From positions 2,221 to 66,220 of the forward strand of contig CABZHY010000002.1 in the NCBI GenBank assembly GCA_902525565.1: a stretch of 64,000 nucleotides of DNA, written 5' to 3'. The notes under the pieces are model-generated. The model was not told the origin of the DNA, ran no database searches, and was given only the letters and a program-made list of their open reading frames with translations. Source of the DNA: an uncultured Pelagibacteraceae bacterium. Its GTDB lineage: Bacteria; Pseudomonadota; Alphaproteobacteria; Pelagibacterales; Pelagibacteraceae. Below are positions 50,467 to 59,275 of this stretch, piece after piece. Numbering within the stretch: the first letter of the stretch is position 1; each line of letters opens with the position of its first letter. Position numbers and translations under genes: made by a program.

Positions 50467-50787
50467 TTACTTTGGCATAGGTGTAGCACCAGTTTCTAAA
50501 CTAACAATTTTTCCATTATCATATTTATAAACTGCCATTACAGCCTCTACATTTCCATCATCAAAAGTAACAAATGAATGATGAACACCAACTTCGTCAT
50601 TTTCATAAACAACTCTTACTTTATCTTGATTTATGTCGCCGCTCATTGCCCATTTGATAACATCACCTTTGCCTAAAACATTTCCTGACTTATGCATTGT
50701 GAATTTAAAATCATCATGCAAAAGATCATTCATCACTGCTTCATCTTTATTTTTTATTGCAGCACTATATTTTTCTAATATAGACAT
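50467..50787 (-). CDS. NTF2/SnoaL-like protein
   Basis: LLHDDF, YEND, C-terminal GKIV..ETGAT. Confidence 0.7.
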   Translation of the reverse strand: MSILEKYSAAIKNKDEAVMNDLLHDDFKFTMHKSGNVLGKGDVIKWAMSGDINQDKVRVVYENDEVGVHHSFVTFDDGNVEAVMAVYKYDNGKIVSLETGATPMPK

Positions 50788-50802
50788 ATTATTCCTTTCT
50801 GT

Positions 50803-51126
50803 TTATTCACCTGGTTTTTTATAACTTTTTGAAACATCAGCTGCTTTTTTAAATGCACTGTTGTAATCAAATACTTCATGAACCATCAGATCTGACATCA
50901 TTCCATTATTTAAAACAGTTACTTTCATAGCAAGAACACTTTCATAATCTCCTTCAACACAGAAAAGAACATCAAAACGTCCTCTTAACCATTCATAACT
51001 AATGGCTTTTACTCCTAAGCTATCACACATTGATTTCATCACCGCACCTCTATCTGCGTTAGGGTCAGCATGCATCTTTTTTAATAACTCAGGACTTGCC
51101 TTTCCAATTACATAAAATTTAGACAT
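50803..51126 (-). CDS. GYD-domain-like protein
   Basis: ADR..VMK.MC.SLG, and WLRGRFD as a G(Y/F)D variant. Confidence 0.6.
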   Translation of the reverse strand: MSKFYVIGKASPELLKKMHADPNADRGAVMKSMCDSLGVKAISYEWLRGRFDVLFCVEGDYESVLAMKVTVLNNGMMSDLMVHEVFDYNSAFKKAADVSKSYKKPGE

Positions 51127-51476
51127 TATTCACCCCACATTCCATGAAATTCATATACTACTGCTGGTTTATCTCCAACAACCCATCCATCATGACCTGG
51201 TTGTATTGAATATGCATCACCAGCTTTATAAGTTAGTTCAGTTCCATCATTATGTTTTGCACAAACAGCACCTGAGATAATTATACCAAGATGTGTAGCT
51301 TGACAGCTATCGCCACCAACTGTTGGCTTTATATCTTTTGACCATTGCCAACCAGGTTGTAAAGTAAGTTTCATTAATCTTTGATTTCCAACTTTGACTG
51401 CTTCAATTTTAGCATTATTAAAATTATCATTTACTTCATCTGCTTTATCAAAACTTTTTACTTCTATTCCAGCCAT
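51126..51476 (-). CDS. Cupin-domain protein
   Basis: QPGWQWS, CQATHLG, PGHDGWVVG; strong SD. Confidence 0.75.
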   Translation of the reverse strand: MAGIEVKSFDKADEVNDNFNNAKIEAVKVGNQRLMKLTLQPGWQWSKDIKPTVGGDSCQATHLGIIISGAVCAKHNDGTELTYKAGDAYSIQPGHDGWVVGDKPAVVYEFHGMWGE

Positions 51477-51488
51477 TTTTCCTCCTTC

Positions 51489-51546
51489 TTACTAATAATT
51501 TAGTAACTGAGTCTAGCAGAGATTAGTCAGTATGTGTAGACTCAGT
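51489..51546 (-). promoter_or_regulatory. Intercistronic double stem-loop upstream of the cupin SD
   Basis: Perfect 10-bp arms ACTGAGTCTA/TAGACTCAGT around a 21-nt loop, next to TTACTAA-TAAT-TTAGTAA. Confidence 0.55.
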
Positions 51547-51552
51547 CTTCTA

Positions 51553-51834
51553 CTATACTTTAGCTAATTCGTAAATTTCATAACCAGTCATTACCTCATC
51601 AAACACAGGTTTTGAGACTGGATTTGATCCATCTAAAAATGAATGAAGTGCTGCCATGTCATGAACTGCAATTTTAAACATTATTGTTGATTTATCAGGT
51701 GAGACACTAGCTATTGTTTTTGAAACATCTGCAACTTTTTTTCTTTCAGCCATACCCTCATCTGATTGCATAAAGCCCATAAATTTTTCAAAGGCTCCTT
51801 CTTTTAGTTTTCCTACTACTAATATATCTTTCAT
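51553..51834 (-). CDS. Small hypothetical protein (possible dimeric alpha+beta barrel)
   Basis: 93 aa, AGGAGG SD, ferredoxin-like beta-alpha-beta pattern by eye. Confidence 0.65.
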   Translation of the reverse strand: MKDILVVGKLKEGAFEKFMGFMQSDEGMAERKKVADVSKTIASVSPDKSTIMFKIAVHDMAALHSFLDGSNPVSKPVFDEVMTGYEIYELAKV

Positions 51835-51848
51835 TTTAACCTCCTATT

Positions 51849-52142
51849 TTATAATCCTGAAAAATTTTCCATAAAGTCTCCATCCATGGGAGTGATTTTT
51901 GCAGAATTTAAATCAACTCCAGCTGCTGCTCTTGCAGCGTGAAGTTCTTTATCATTTTTAAATGCTTCAAACCCCTCCATAGTTGCATATTTTACAATTA
52001 CTGTAAATTTTGAAGCATCTTCTTTTGATACACCAGCAAAAATAATGGTTGCACCAAATCCTTTAATTTTTTCAGCATTAGCTTTAACCATATCCCTCCA
52101 TGCTGAAAACGATTTTATATTTTCCTCTATTTTTATAATCAT
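51849..52142 (-). CDS. Small hypothetical protein (DUF3764/ABM-like barrel)
   Basis: 97 aa, GGAGG SD, F.AW...AF.......R..AGV pattern. Confidence 0.65.
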   Translation of the reverse strand: MIIKIEENIKSFSAWRDMVKANAEKIKGFGATIIFAGVSKEDASKFTVIVKYATMEGFEAFKNDKELHAARAAAGVDLNSAKITPMDGDFMENFSGL

Positions 52143-52145
52143 ATT

Positions 52146-52532
52146 TTATCCTCCATAAATTGTTTTCGAAGTCTGTTCTACTTTTTCTTTACCATTTGGT
52201 ATTAATTTGAAAATAAACGCATAGCAATTATCCATTAAAGTTTTTTGATAAGGTTTACCAAACATTTCATCAACAGTAGAATTTATACTTGAATTTATTT
52301 TATCCTCTAAAACACCCTCATTTGTAAGAAATTCTCTAGTAACCTTTGCTGCAGCCAAACTATTTTCTTTGTAAGCCAAATCTCCATTTGGAAGCTCACC
52401 TTGTTTAATAAATTGAGTAGATGTAAAAATTCCTGCACATTTTAAAGAATCGGATATTTCTTTATCACTCATATGTCCATGTGAATTTGCTGTTAGCAAA
52501 ATCAATAAAAACGTAAAAATTATTTTTTTCAT
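52146..52532 (-). CDS. Exported hypothetical protein
   Basis: MKKIIF signal peptide; two Cys. Confidence 0.7.
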   Translation of the reverse strand: MKKIIFTFLLILLTANSHGHMSDKEISDSLKCAGIFTSTQFIKQGELPNGDLAYKENSLAAAKVTREFLTNEGVLEDKINSSINSTVDEMFGKPYQKTLMDNCYAFIFKLIPNGKEKVEQTSKTIYGG

Positions 52533-52543
52533 TTTTTCTCTTT

Positions 52544-52945
52544 CTATTTTACTGGTGTCATAATTTTTTGACCTTCAACTCCTATTGCAACAACAATTGC
52601 TTTAACTGGGACATTTCCAATATTTTTTGATTCATGGACTACACCTACATCTTCAACAAATGCATCTCCAGCTTTATAGATATAGCTTTTACCGCCTTGG
52701 GTAAGTTCAATCTCTCCTTGTTGAATCATTATTAACACTGGAAAGGAGTGAGTATGAGCAACAACTGGACCTCCAACAGGGACAGTAAACTCAAAAGCTG
52801 TTATCATCGCTTTACCTGAGGGATATTTTATTTCGTTACCCATTCCAGTTTGACTTGTAGATATAATTCTCTTCACATGTCCATCAGCTAAAACTGAATT
52901 GGTTATAAAAAATATTCCAAATAAAGTGACTATTAATTTTTTCAT
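52544..52945 (-). CDS. Exported cupin-domain protein
   Basis: Signal peptide; HTH..P...GE.....AGDAFVE....H. Confidence 0.8.
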   Translation of the reverse strand: MKKLIVTLFGIFFITNSVLADGHVKRIISTSQTGMGNEIKYPSGKAMITAFEFTVPVGGPVVAHTHSFPVLIMIQQGEIELTQGGKSYIYKAGDAFVEDVGVVHESKNIGNVPVKAIVVAIGVEGQKIMTPVK

Positions 52946-52956
52946 ATATTCCCTTT

Positions 52957-53433
52957 CTAATAAGTATATTCACCACTCATTTGATTCATAGAGTGAGCCA
53001 TACCATCTTTACCTCTTATATTTTGTCGACTTGAATTACCACTTCCTGAAATATTTTCATATTTTCCTGTTCCACCAACAATAACAAAAGTACCTGTTCC
53101 ACCTTGGCCACCAGTTCCTTTACCTTTGTAATTAATGTAAACCTTTTCACCATCAATTAGATAAAAAGTGCACATACCTGTTTCATCATCAAATTTTCCA
53201 GATACTAATGTTAGTCCACCAATACAATGCATAGTAGATTTGTCAAAAATACTTCCAGGTTCTTTATCCATCAGTCCAGCATTACCGTCGTAAGTAATAC
53301 TCATGTTTCCATTTCCAGCATCCATCGCATTTAATGACCATGATCCTGCTCCTGCAGCATTAAATTTTCCTGATTCTGCTAATGAGTAATTTGAGATCGT
53401 TAAAAAAATTATTAAAAATAAAATTTTCTTCAT
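52957..53433 (-). CDS. Exported beta-barrel protein (allene oxide cyclase/dirigent-like)
   Basis: Signal peptide; Gly-rich strands; IVGGTGKY..ISG motif; two Cys. Confidence 0.6.
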   Translation of the reverse strand: MKKILFLIIFLTISNYSLAESGKFNAAGAGSWSLNAMDAGNGNMSITYDGNAGLMDKEPGSIFDKSTMHCIGGLTLVSGKFDDETGMCTFYLIDGEKVYINYKGKGTGGQGGTGTFVIVGGTGKYENISGSGNSSRQNIRGKDGMAHSMNQMSGEYTY

Positions 53434-53520
53434 TTTTACCTCCCTTAAGTTGTTTAAATTAACAGTACACTGTTACATTATTGTGAAGGAGTCACTCGTG
53501 TTTATAGCGCGCGACAGTTA
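53434..53520 (-). promoter_or_regulatory. Candidate structured 5' leader of the small-protein operon
   Basis: GC-rich hairpin at 53491-53515, anti-SD CUCCUU, palindrome AACAGT-AC-ACTGTT, SD AAGGGAGGT. Confidence 0.45.
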
Positions 53521-53591
53521 TGCAATTTCAGAGCATAAAAAATGTTGAATATGCTGTTTTATTTAATTTAAATATTTGATAGTAGTTATCG

Positions 53592-54008
53592 ATGATCGAA
53601 AAATTTAATGGAATTGTTTATCTAATAATTTTTATTGTTCATTTCCTTGTTTACGCTGTTTATGCTTTTAGAGCTATAGTTGGAACAAAGAGTTTCATGG
53701 ATCAATATAACATCGATCATTCGGCAGCTGTAATTACAAGATTTTTTGGGGCTCCTTTTGTTGGGTCTTTCTTAATGGCTCTTTATATTATGTTTGTTAG
53801 AGATGGTGGAGTAAATGGAACTTGGGCGTTCTTTAATTTAGTATTTGTTCAAAATTTAATGTACTTAATATTTGGTATTTATACCATTTATATAAATAAA
53901 CTTGGACATACTGAAAAAACTAACAGTGAAGGTGTAATAGCTGCTGGAGTACTTACAATTTTAAGTGCTATTCTTACTTACGGGTTAGCTGATAAAATTT
54001 ATATTTAA
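53592..54008 (+). CDS. Hypothetical four-TM membrane protein
   Basis: Four hydrophobic segments. Confidence 0.7.
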   Translation: MIEKFNGIVYLIIFIVHFLVYAVYAFRAIVGTKSFMDQYNIDHSAAVITRFFGAPFVGSFLMALYIMFVRDGGVNGTWAFFNLVFVQNLMYLIFGIYTIYINKLGHTEKTNSEGVIAAGVLTILSAILTYGLADKIYI

Positions 54009-55006
54009 AACCAACTAGGTATTGGTAAACCTTTTTCTTCTAAGAATTTTTTATTGAACATTTTAGTTGCGTATTTGTCACTTCTATCACAAAGGATTGT
54101 AACAATAGTTTTACCAGGACCCAATTCTTTACCCATTCTTATTGCACCTGCTATATTAATTCCACAACTAGTACCTAAACTTAAACCTTCATGTTGAATT
54201 AAGTCATAAAGTATAGGTAATGCTTCATGATCATCAATTGAATAGGCATCATCAATCTTAGCTTCGCCAAAGTTAGCTGTAACTCTACTTGAACCAATTC
54301 CTTCAGTAATTGATCCACCTTCTGACTTAAGTTCACCATTTTTTATGTAATTATAAAGAGCAGAACCTTTTGGGTCTGATAAATAAATTTTTATATTTTT
54401 ATTCTTTTCCTTAAGAGCATTACTAACACCTGAAATTGTACCTCCAGTGCCTGAAGAACAAACAAAACCATCTAATTTACCATTGGTTTGTTCCCATATT
54501 TCTTGTCCTGTACCTTCATAGTGACCTTTGGCATTTGCAGTATTATCAAACTGGTTAGCCCAAATTACTCCATTATTATTTGTAGGTCTTAGTTCATCTG
54601 CAAGTCTAGCAGCAACTTTTACGAAATTATTATCATCTTTATAAGGCTTAGGTGGAACCAGTCTTAACTCAGCTCCAAGATTTCTAAGCAAATCTTTCTT
54701 TTCTTGAGTTTGATTATCATTCATTACAATAATTGTTTTATAACCAAGAGAGTTTCCTAAAAGACCCAAACCAATTCCTGTATTACCAGCTGTTCCCTCA
54801 ACAACAGTTCCACCTTTAGCAATTAATTTTTTTTCTTGAGCGTCTTTTATTAATGCAAGTGCAGCTCTATCTTTTACAGATCCTCCAGGATTTAAAAATT
54901 CTGCTTTTCCATAAATGTTACACCCAGTAATTTCAGAGGCTGCTCTGAGTTTAATTAATGGTGTATTTCCTATTCCGGAAATAAAATCGTTTTGGGTATT
55001 ATTCAT
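54005..55006 (-). CDS. cysK: Cysteine synthase (O-acetylserine sulfhydrylase)
   Basis: [30 protein letters not shown]. Start taken at MNNTQ. Confidence 0.93.
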   Translation of the reverse strand: MNNTQNDFISGIGNTPLIKLRAASEITGCNIYGKAEFLNPGGSVKDRAALALIKDAQEKKLIAKGGTVVEGTAGNTGIGLGLLGNSLGYKTIIVMNDNQTQEKKDLLRNLGAELRLVPPKPYKDDNNFVKVAARLADELRPTNNNGVIWANQFDNTANAKGHYEGTGQEIWEQTNGKLDGFVCSSGTGGTISGVSNALKEKNKNIKIYLSDPKGSALYNYIKNGELKSEGGSITEGIGSSRVTANFGEAKIDDAYSIDDHEALPILYDLIQHEGLSLGTSCGINIAGAIRMGKELGPGKTIVTILCDRSDKYATKMFNKKFLEEKGLPIPSWF

Positions 55007-55583
55007 TATCTGATTTTTTATCACTATCAGATGTAATTCCATAAGGTTTAAATTCACTATCTGCTATGCCAACACTTCTTGCAGGAATTCCAACCATCAC
55101 AGCATTTTCTGAAACATCTTTCGTAATAACTGCATTTGCTCCAATTCTGGCACCTTTGCCAACGACTACAGGACCTAATACTTGTGCACCTGACCCAATA
55201 ACCACATCTTCTTTTATAGTAGGATGTCTTTTCATATTTCGTTGGTCATTTGAATTAATACTCGGAGCTATTCCACCTAATGTAACCATATGATAAATTG
55301 TAACATTATCCCCAATGTCTGAAGTTTCACCAATCACAACACCCATTCCATGATCGATAAATAAATTTTTTCCAATTTTTGCATTTGGATGAATTTCTAT
55401 TCCAGTTAAGAATCTTGAAAATTGAGAAATGATTCTTGCTATCAAATGAAATTTTGCAGTACTAAAAAAATTTGCTATTCGATGAAAAAAAACTGCTTTT
55501 ACACCAGGATAAGTTAAAATTAAACTTAACTTAGACCTAGCAGCAGGATCTCTATCAATTATGGATTGTAAAAAATCACTCAT
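54999..55583 (-). CDS. cysE: Serine O-acetyltransferase
   Basis: RDPAA, TGIEIHP, IDHG.GVVIGET, KRHPT. Confidence 0.95.
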   Translation of the reverse strand: MSDFLQSIIDRDPAARSKLSLILTYPGVKAVFFHRIANFFSTAKFHLIARIISQFSRFLTGIEIHPNAKIGKNLFIDHGMGVVIGETSDIGDNVTIYHMVTLGGIAPSINSNDQRNMKRHPTIKEDVVIGSGAQVLGPVVVGKGARIGANAVITKDVSENAVMVGIPARSVGIADSEFKPYGITSDSDKKSDNE

Positions 55584-55663
55584 ATTTCTTTAGTTTAGTT
55601 GCTGTTGATTAAAAAATTATATGCCTTATATAGTAATTAATTGCTCAATTTAAAGAGGTTTAT

Positions 55664-56074
55664 ATGTATAAAAACACTAATTGTTTTCATCTAGCAATCC
55701 CTTGTGGAGACTTAGAGGTTGCAAAAAAATTTTACAGTGAAACTTTAGGATGTAGATTAGATAACTCAGCACAAGAGTGGGCAGATGTTGATTTTTGGGG
55801 TAATGAATTAACCCTTCATAAAAGCGAACATAAATTAGATAATGAGAGACACGACGTTGATATGGGCAATGTGTCTGTTCCTCATTTTGGTGTTCATTTA
55901 TCCAGAAAAGATTTTGATGCTCTAAAACAAAGATTAAAAGATAGTGGCACAAAATATTATGACGAGCCTTATCTTAGATTTAAGGGTACTAAGTACGAAC
56001 AAGAGACATTTTTTGTTAAAGATCCTAACGAAAATATTTTAGAAATTAAGACTTTAACTGCAAATCCAGAATAA
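55664..56074 (+). CDS. VOC/glyoxalase-family protein
   Basis: FHLAIP, VPHFG, DPN.N.LE.K. Confidence 0.85.
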   Translation: MYKNTNCFHLAIPCGDLEVAKKFYSETLGCRLDNSAQEWADVDFWGNELTLHKSEHKLDNERHDVDMGNVSVPHFGVHLSRKDFDALKQRLKDSGTKYYDEPYLRFKGTKYEQETFFVKDPNENILEIKTLTANPE

Positions 56075-56083
56075 TCTAATAAC

Positions 56084-56695
56084 TTGATGGAATACCTAGT
56101 ATTAGGTTTCTTTACTGGTCTTAGTTTAATCTTGGCAATAGGTGCTCAAAATATTTTTGTAATAGAGCAGGGTTTAAAAAAACAGCATGTATTTTTAGTT
56201 TGTTTTGTTTGTTCAATTTCAGATTTAATTTTAATATTTTTAGGAATTTTTCTTTTTCATTATTTTATTCAATATTTTAATAATACAATTGAATTAATAT
56301 TTAATATTCTTTTAGTAATTTTTTTAATTCATTTTATTTATTCAAAAATTAAATTATTAAACTCAAAGGTTAATTTTAATAATAAGGCTCAAGATTATAC
56401 AAAGTTTAATGTATTTTTAAAAACACTTGGTTTTACATATTTAAATCCTCATGTTTATTCTGACACAGTATTTTTCTTAGGAAACTTTTCAAAAAACTTT
56501 GTTTTATATCAAAAAATTTTATTTGGGGCAGGAGCCTCAATAGCATCTTTTATTTTCTTTTTCGTTATAGGGTATTTATCAAAAAATTTATCTAAATTTG
56601 CTAAAAGTGAAATAGTATGGAAAGTAATAAATGTATTTATAGTAAGTTTTATGGCTATTTTAACGTTGTTTATTATTTCAGAAATGATTAGATAA
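56084..56695 (+). CDS. LysE/ArgO-family amino acid exporter
   Basis: LILAIGAQN.FV..QG, LNPHVY.DT. Confidence 0.88.
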   Translation: MMEYLVLGFFTGLSLILAIGAQNIFVIEQGLKKQHVFLVCFVCSISDLILIFLGIFLFHYFIQYFNNTIELIFNILLVIFLIHFIYSKIKLLNSKVNFNNKAQDYTKFNVFLKTLGFTYLNPHVYSDTVFFLGNFSKNFVLYQKILFGAGASIASFIFFFVIGYLSKNLSKFAKSEIVWKVINVFIVSFMAILTLFIISEMIR

Positions 56696-56698
56696 GTT

Positions 56699-57754
56699 AT
56701 GGCAAATATAAGGTTTACCGGTGTACACAAATCATTTGGTTTCAATAAGATAATTAACAATTTTAATCTTCAAGGTAAAGAGGATGAGTTTCTTGTATTA
56801 GTTGGACCATCAGGATGTGGAAAATCAACTCTGTTAAGGATGATTGCAGGATTAGAAAAAATAGATGAAGGTGAAATATTTATTAATGATCAAAAAATTA
56901 ATGAACTTCATCCTTCAAAACGTCAAACAGCAATGGTTTTCCAATCTTATGCACTTTACCCTCATATGAATGTTTATGAAAATATGTCTTTTGGTTTAAA
57001 AATAGAGAAAAGACCGAAAGAAGAAATTAACATAAAAGTTATGCAGGCTGCAAAAATTTTAAAAATCGAAGAACTTCTTGAGAGGAAACCAAAACAATTG
57101 TCTGGAGGTCAAAGACAAAGGGTTGCAATAGGAAGAGCTATCACAAGAAATCCAAAAATATTTTTATTTGATGAACCATTATCAAATTTGGATGCTGCTT
57201 TAAGGGCTGAAATGAGAGTGGAAATATCAAAATTACACAATCAAATAAAAACTAACATGATATATGTTACTCATGATCAGGTTGAAGCTATGACTTTAGC
57301 AGATAGAATAGTTATTTTAAATCAAGGCAACATTGAACAGGTCGGGACTCCTGAAGAAATTTATAATGACCCAGCAAATATTTTTGTGGCTCAATTTATT
57401 GGTACACCCAAAATGAATATTCTGGAAATTGATGAAAAAAACGTAATTTCTGATCATAAAATAAAGTTATTAGGTAATGATATTGTGTTTGATAACTTAA
57501 AACTCAATAAATCAAAACACTTTGTAGGTATTAGACCTGAACACTTAAAAGCAAATCAAAAAAATCAATTTACTTTTAACCCTGAGATTGAATTAATTGA
57601 AAACTTAGGTAACGAAAAAATTGTTTACATGAAAAAAGAGGAACATCAATTAAGTGCCAAAATCCCAAGTAACCTTGAAATTGGGAATAAAATCGGATTT
57701 GATCTAAAGGAGATTTTTATCTTTGATAAAAATGGAAAAAGACTAAAATCTTAG
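56699..57754 (+). CDS. Carbohydrate ABC transporter ATP-binding protein (MalK/UgpC-like)
   Basis: GPSGCGKS, VFQSYALYPHM, LSGGQRQR, DEPLSNLD. Confidence 0.93.
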   Translation: MANIRFTGVHKSFGFNKIINNFNLQGKEDEFLVLVGPSGCGKSTLLRMIAGLEKIDEGEIFINDQKINELHPSKRQTAMVFQSYALYPHMNVYENMSFGLKIEKRPKEEINIKVMQAAKILKIEELLERKPKQLSGGQRQRVAIGRAITRNPKIFLFDEPLSNLDAALRAEMRVEISKLHNQIKTNMIYVTHDQVEAMTLADRIVILNQGNIEQVGTPEEIYNDPANIFVAQFIGTPKMNILEIDEKNVISDHKIKLLGNDIVFDNLKLNKSKHFVGIRPEHLKANQKNQFTFNPEIELIENLGNEKIVYMKKEEHQLSAKIPSNLEIGNKIGFDLKEIFIFDKNGKRLKS

Positions 57755-57766
57755 CACAACTTACAA

Positions 57767-57896
57767 TTGACAAATTTCAATTTTTCCCCAATTTTTAGTA
57801 TTTGCTATGAGACTAGCACATATCTGATATGTGACAGTGGGTAGTTTGCGAAACATTCTCAAATCAATATAGTTTTAACTATAAATAGGAGGGGAA
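57767..57896 (+). promoter_or_regulatory. Putative promoter and structured leader of the sugar SBP gene
   Basis: TTGACA at 57767; palindromes CACATATC-T-GATATGTG and TATAGTT-TT-AACTATA; SD AGGAGG. Confidence 0.5.
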
Positions 57897-59228
57897 ATGA
57901 AAAATATAATAAAATTGTTTTGCGTAATATCTTTTTTTGTTTCAAGTATTGTTTACGCAGACATAAAGTTTTGGACTACAGAAGTTCAGCCTGCCCGAAT
58001 GGCAAAGCAAGAGGAAATGGCAAAAGCTTTTGAGGCTAAAACAGGAATTAAAGTAGAGGTGATCCCAGTAGAAGAAAAAGACTTGGGAACTAGAGCTACA
58101 GCTGCAGCGGCAGCAGGTGACTTACCAGATGTGATCTATCATACTTTACAATATGTATTACCATGGGCTGAAGCAGGAATATTAGATGTAGACGCTAATA
58201 ACGCTGTTGTTAAAGAATTAGGTAAAGATACATTTGCACCAGGTGCACTAAACATGGCAAAAAAAGGTTCAAAGATTGCAGCCGTTCCAGTTGATGGATG
58301 GACACAAATGGTTGTTTATAGAAAAGACCTTTTTGAAAATGCAGATTTGGCACCACCAACAAGCTATGCAAATATTGTAGCTGCTGTTGAGAAACTTTCA
58401 AAACAAAACGGTATATTTGGGTTTGTAGCTGCAACCAAGACTGATGAAAATTTCATGAGCCAAGTTTTAGAGCACGTTCTTTTAGCAAATGGAGTTAATA
58501 TCGTTAAAAAAGGCGGTATCAAGAAACAAGGTAAGAAATTAAAAGAAGCATTAGAGTTTTATAAAGTAATTGCTAAAGCAAGTCCTCCAGGTGAATTGTA
58601 TTGGAAACAATCTAGAGCACTTTACTTTGCAGGTAAAACTCCAATGATTATTTGGTCTCCATTCATTATGGATGAGCTTGCTGGTTTAAGAGACTCGGCT
58701 CCACCAACAATTAACAGCGATCCTACATCACCTGAACTAGCTTCTAAAACTGGTTTCATAACTAATTTTAGCGGACCTAGTAACAAAAAAGGTGCTGCAT
58801 GGGCAGATGTTAGATATTTTGGTATAACAGCCGACGCTGACACAGATGAAGCTAAACAGTTTATCATGTACTCAATGGATGAAGGTTACACAAGCACATT
58901 ATCGATAGCTCCAGAAGGTAAATTTCCAGTAAGAAGAGGAAATTCGAGTGACCCTGAGGCTTTCACAAAAGCTTGGAGTAAACTACCTGTTGGAGTTGAT
59001 AGAAAAGCTCCTTTGTCAGATCTATATGACCCAGATGTTATTAATAACATCGTAGCTGGTTTAGATACTGCAAATAGATGGGGTGTTAAAGAAGGCGAAC
59101 TATCAAGAGCGTCAAAAGTCATAAATTCTCAATTTATAAATAGAATTACTAGACTTTATATTGATGATCAAATTGATGTCGATGAAGCTGTTGATATGAT
59201 TAACAAATCATTAGCTAAATTCAAATAA
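57897..59228 (+). CDS. Carbohydrate ABC transporter substrate-binding protein
   Basis: Signal peptide; FEAKTGIKVEV, AGDLPDV, YRKDLF. Confidence 0.9.
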   Translation: MKNIIKLFCVISFFVSSIVYADIKFWTTEVQPARMAKQEEMAKAFEAKTGIKVEVIPVEEKDLGTRATAAAAAGDLPDVIYHTLQYVLPWAEAGILDVDANNAVVKELGKDTFAPGALNMAKKGSKIAAVPVDGWTQMVVYRKDLFENADLAPPTSYANIVAAVEKLSKQNGIFGFVAATKTDENFMSQVLEHVLLANGVNIVKKGGIKKQGKKLKEALEFYKVIAKASPPGELYWKQSRALYFAGKTPMIIWSPFIMDELAGLRDSAPPTINSDPTSPELASKTGFITNFSGPSNKKGAAWADVRYFGITADADTDEAKQFIMYSMDEGYTSTLSIAPEGKFPVRRGNSSDPEAFTKAWSKLPVGVDRKAPLSDLYDPDVINNIVAGLDTANRWGVKEGELSRASKVINSQFINRITRLYIDDQIDVDEAVDMINKSLAKFK

Positions 59229-59240
59229 TTTTAATTTTAT

Positions 59241-59275
59241 AAAAAAGCGGATAATATAAATTATCCGCTTTTTTT
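59241..59275 (+). terminator. Rho-independent terminator (bidirectional form)
   Basis: AAAAAAGCGGATAAT-ATAA-ATTATCCGCTTTTTTT. Confidence 0.85.

Noticed and set aside
57820-57860. CUGA...GAAAC, suggestive of a hammerhead ribozyme
   Set aside because: The CUGANGA core is not intact (CUGAUAU) and the stems do not fit the hammerhead topology.
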